This document shows, in pieces, positions 17,546 through 20,000 of a stretch of 20,000 nucleotides of DNA. Position 1 is the first letter of the stretch, and each line of letters starts with the position of its first letter. Origin of the DNA: an uncultured virus (IMG/VR IMGVR_UViG_3300006484_000009) (taxonomy: Duplodnaviria > Heunggongvirae > Uroviricota > Caudoviricetes). A program made the position numbers and the translations under genes. The stretch lies in the IMG/VR virus record IMGVR_UViG_3300006484_000009. One strand, written 5' to 3'. The notes beneath the pieces were generated by a model. That model searched no databases. It was not told the DNA's origin and saw nothing but the letters and a program-made list of their open reading frames with translations.

Positions 17546-17938
17546 ATGGGATTAATAATAAACGCAGATAAAATAGAAAAAATATATATCACCAAAACTA
17601 GACAGTCACCTTATGTTAGGTTTTATAAAGCAACACCAGATAAATATATTTTTTTTGGTCTAATAAAAAGTGAAAGTGCTGAAAGTGAATATTGGAGATT
17701 AAATTGGGAAGGAAGATTCGAAACAAGACAAGATTTGGTAAATAATAACCCAAAAAAGTTTTATATAAATGATGACGCATTATTTCACTGCTCAATATGG
17801 GAAAAACCAAATCTATATATCATAATGTCAAAAAGTGATAATGTCACAAGATACTATGACACAATTGAAGAACTAAATAAATCAGTAGATGATATTATTA
17901 GGGCATCAAAAAACAACCTGATAGTTATAGAAGATTAA
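17546..17938 (+). CDS. hypothetical protein
   Basis: 130-aa ORF, last in the operon before the terminator. Confidence 0.75.
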   Translation: MGLIINADKIEKIYITKTRQSPYVRFYKATPDKYIFFGLIKSESAESEYWRLNWEGRFETRQDLVNNNPKKFYINDDALFHCSIWEKPNLYIIMSKSDNVTRYYDTIEELNKSVDDIIRASKNNLIVIED

Positions 17939-17954
17939 TTATCGACCATTATAT

Positions 17955-17983
17955 AAAAAACCCAGATTAAGTCTGGGTTTTTT
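17955..17983. terminator. bidirectional intrinsic terminator
   Basis: AAAAAACCCAGA-TTAAG-TCTGGGTTTTTT between convergent genes. Confidence 0.9.
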
Positions 17984-17987
17984 ATTA

Positions 17988-18803
17988 TTACTTCAACGTA
18001 TCCAATAAACTTATAATGGTGTCGTAATACTCAAAATCATTATTATTCCTGGCACCATAGTACATCTCATTGGCCAATTTATACGCACCACCAAAATCTT
18101 CAATCTTAGGATTAGCCTGGAAAAATCCCCTCAATAAATCATACTTAGAATCATCAGGTATAGAATCAAATATCGAAAACTTAACCTCCTTCTTCTCCTC
18201 ACCATGGAAACTAGGAACATCATACCCAACAACCTTAACATACCTAGTATTACTTATCCTAAACTCCAACCCATAATTACCATTCCAAACAATATTTAAC
18301 TTGTTGTTCAAATCAGCTGGTATCAAACTAAATACAAACGTCCTCTGATTACCCTCACTATTATTATCCTCAATGTTTTTTAATATTCCCCTTAACTTAT
18401 CTTCAGTCATACTAGGATTGGCCTTCTTAACCTCCTCAAAGAATGTAACAAAACCACCATAGAAATAATTCTCAACCTGAGTCTCCAAATGATAATCATT
18501 ACCCAAAACAGATTTTGCAATATCCATATTCAAATATAAAAACCTATCAACACTGGTAATGTAAAACTTAATAATGATTGGGTCATTCACTTCACCCTTT
18601 CTAGCATACCTAAACGCATGGTCATAATCGTAAAAACCATATAACCCCTTCCCTTGCATTGACCTTGAACCAATATTCAAACCACTCTGCTTTATAGACT
18701 CCAAATTTGACATAGAGGTAACATGATACCCAAATAATGAACTACCATCGTACTCCTCACCCAATAAACTCTCCCTTAATAACTTTTTAATGTGATGCTT
18801 CAT
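17988..18803 (-). CDS. ADP-ribosyltransferase-like protein (H-Y-E/PARP-like) with MKHHIKKLLRE leader
   Basis: GYHVT..NLESIKQSGL, QGKGLYG, AFRYA, candidate catalytic E in GLEFRI. Confidence 0.7.
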   Translation of the reverse strand: MKHHIKKLLRESLLGEEYDGSSLFGYHVTSMSNLESIKQSGLNIGSRSMQGKGLYGFYDYDHAFRYARKGEVNDPIIIKFYITSVDRFLYLNMDIAKSVLGNDYHLETQVENYFYGGFVTFFEEVKKANPSMTEDKLRGILKNIEDNNSEGNQRTFVFSLIPADLNNKLNIVWNGNYGLEFRISNTRYVKVVGYDVPSFHGEEKKEVKFSIFDSIPDDSKYDLLRGFFQANPKIEDFGGAYKLANEMYYGARNNNDFEYYDTIISLLDTLK

Positions 18804-18804
18804 A
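18770..18804. repeat. 35-bp exact direct repeat, copy 1 (encodes MKHHIKKLLRE leader)
   Basis: TCTCCCTTAATAACTTTTTAATGTGATGCTTCATA, identical at 19390-19424. Confidence 0.95.
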
Positions 18805-18805
18805 A

Positions 18806-19423
18806 TTATTTTATATTATATATAACACTACCATATCTGGCATTGTCTAAATCTGTTCCCCTAACATCAACACCATCAAAGCCAATATACCTCATAAGCG
18901 TTGTTGATGGTGAATCATTATTATTTGAGTGAATTTTATTAATGATGTCTTTAATAATATTTTTATTATATGAACTAATTTTAATATTATCATTAAACTC
19001 ATCATTAAATTTTATCTTATCCTCATCACTTAAATTATTATAAGCATCGTTATTTCTAATATGACCAAAATTATCAACCGATTTCTTTAATTTACCAAAA
19101 TGACGCAAAACACTTTCAATTGAATAGTCTAAATCACTATCCGATGAAAAATTATTAACCCCAGATAATAAATCATGTAATTTATAATCACCCTTGGCTA
19201 AATTATACCCATCTAAATTAATAACACTAACACCCCTGTTGCCAGTAATTTTACTATACTCCTTAGCATCACCCTCATTACCAAAAAAATAAAACCCAGT
19301 CCCAAAATGACCCGTACTCCTAATAGTATTACTAAACATTGATTTAACCTCAGCCTTATTAATTAAATCACCAGCCCTATAACCAAAATTCTCCCTTAAT
19401 AACTTTTTAATGTGATGCTTCAT
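18806..19423 (-). CDS. ADP-ribosyltransferase-like protein (ART-PolyVal-like) with MKHHIKKLLRE leader
   Basis: GHFGTGFYF, AKEYS, LMRYIGFDGV, C-terminal SVIY strand; first strand GYRAG (R instead of H). Confidence 0.62.
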   Translation of the reverse strand: MKHHIKKLLRENFGYRAGDLINKAEVKSMFSNTIRSTGHFGTGFYFFGNEGDAKEYSKITGNRGVSVINLDGYNLAKGDYKLHDLLSGVNNFSSDSDLDYSIESVLRHFGKLKKSVDNFGHIRNNDAYNNLSDEDKIKFNDEFNDNIKISSYNKNIIKDIINKIHSNNNDSPSTTLMRYIGFDGVDVRGTDLDNARYGSVIYNIK

Positions 19424-19424
19424 A
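19390..19424. repeat. 35-bp exact direct repeat, copy 2
   Basis: Identical to 18770-18804. Confidence 0.95.
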
Positions 19425-19428
19425 TAAG

Positions 19429-19436
19429 ATAAATAT
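19429..19436 (-). promoter_or_regulatory. putative late promoter ATATTTAT
   Basis: 5 nt upstream of ATG 19423. Confidence 0.6.
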
Positions 19437-19462
19437 ATTAAAGAGTGTAAAAATTTTTTTTA

Positions 19463-19470
19463 ATATTTAT
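19463..19470 (+). promoter_or_regulatory. putative late promoter ATATTTAT
   Basis: 14 nt upstream of the tail-tube-like gene. Confidence 0.6.
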
Positions 19471-19484
19471 ATATAAAAATAGTT

Positions 19485-19889
19485 ATGATTGAAAAAAAAT
19501 TTATAAGTTACGAACCTAAAACAAAAAATAGATTCGTTGTCGAATTCCCAACAGAATGTAATATACAAGAATTTACCGTAAAGACAATTACAAACCCTAA
19601 ATACATTAATGGCGAATGGCAAGATATTCATATCACATTTTGTGACCCATTAGCGGCATCAACAACACTAGGGTTATATAAATTAATAGAATATGTCCGC
19701 ACCAATAATCAAAGATTCACAATCAAAATAAAATCATTGGACCCAACTGGTGTAAATGTTGAAACCTGGTTAATTATTGGTGGAGATACTTTCACAATAG
19801 ACTTTGGAAACCTAGATTATTCAAGTGATGAAGTTCAAATAATAAAAATGAGTTTAACACCCATACATTGTCGTATAGAATCTAAATAA
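19485..19889 (+). CDS. T4 gp19-like tail tube protein homolog (short)
   Basis: YEPKTKNRF, WQDIHITFCDP, LDPTGVNVETW.I.G, DFGNLDYSSDE motifs typical of large-myophage tube proteins. Confidence 0.75.
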   Translation: MIEKKFISYEPKTKNRFVVEFPTECNIQEFTVKTITNPKYINGEWQDIHITFCDPLAASTTLGLYKLIEYVRTNNQRFTIKIKSLDPTGVNVETWLIIGGDTFTIDFGNLDYSSDEVQIIKMSLTPIHCRIESK

Positions 19890-19913
19890 TATAAGACCTT
19901 AATTTTTAACCCA

Positions 19914-19998
19914 AAATTTACCCAAAAAATTTTTTACATATAAGGGGGTCAAATATTACTGAGAGAAATTTGCCCAAAAAATTTTAGAGAGATATAAG
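19914..19998. repeat. imperfect non-coding direct repeats
   Basis: AAATTT[A/G]CCCAAAAAATTTT at 19914-19933 and 19966-19985, each followed within 4-6 nt by ATATAAG. Confidence 0.65.
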
Positions 19999-20000
19999 AG

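Noticed and set aside
10287..18276. Short ORFs 10287, 10887, 10919, 11396, 13466, 16200, 17107, 17616, 18070
   Set aside because: Nested in or antisense to better-supported genes; no promoter or motif support
1..20000. Stop-codon recoding (seen in some large Bacteroidota phages)
   Set aside because: Long conserved genes are intact in code 11, and TAG and TGA act as real stops at tight gene junctions (13953, 11478, 16817)
18770..20000. CRISPR array interpretation of the 35-bp and terminal repeats
   Set aside because: The 35-bp copies are 620 bp apart and protein-coding; the terminal repeats are only two imperfect copies with no cas genes in view
1..20000. Cellular chromosome origin (clpC, trxA, prs, nadV)
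   Set aside because: A tail-tube homolog, PcfJ-like and KTSC genes, dense small unknown ORFs and a second promoter class point to a large phage. No tRNA or rRNA was recognised.

Overview
AT-rich, gene-dense segment that looks like a large (jumbo) myophage infecting a Bacteroidota host. Evidence for this: at least seven TTG/TTTG-N19-20-TAnnTTTG promoters, no obvious Shine-Dalgarno sites, a Bacteroidota-type lipoprotein and a T4 gp19-like tail-tube homolog. Two regulons are interleaved. (1) Host-sigma promoters drive a KTSC protein, probably ClpC, a secreted lytic transglycosylase, an LRR protein, a lipoprotein, a PD-(D/E)XK protein, a PcfJ-like protein and a ~4.8 kb operon. That operon carries a NARP1-like NAD+ reconstitution module (PRS-like + NAMPT-like) with an inserted nucleoside deoxyribosyltransferase-like gene and an upstream HAD phosphatase. 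(2) A putative late promoter, ATATTTAT, precedes unrelated cargo proteins (two ADP-ribosyltransferase-like proteins, a HExxH metallopeptidase, a GNAT, several unknowns). These share a short (L/I)-x-E-terminated leader (MKHHIKKLLRE, MKSFIKQLLNE, KIIITE[S/A]Q) resembling the T4 capsid-targeting sequence; in the two ART genes it is encoded by an exact 35-bp DNA repeat. The most novel candidate is a modular head-packaged effector system. All family calls come from motif recognition by eye; no searches were run.
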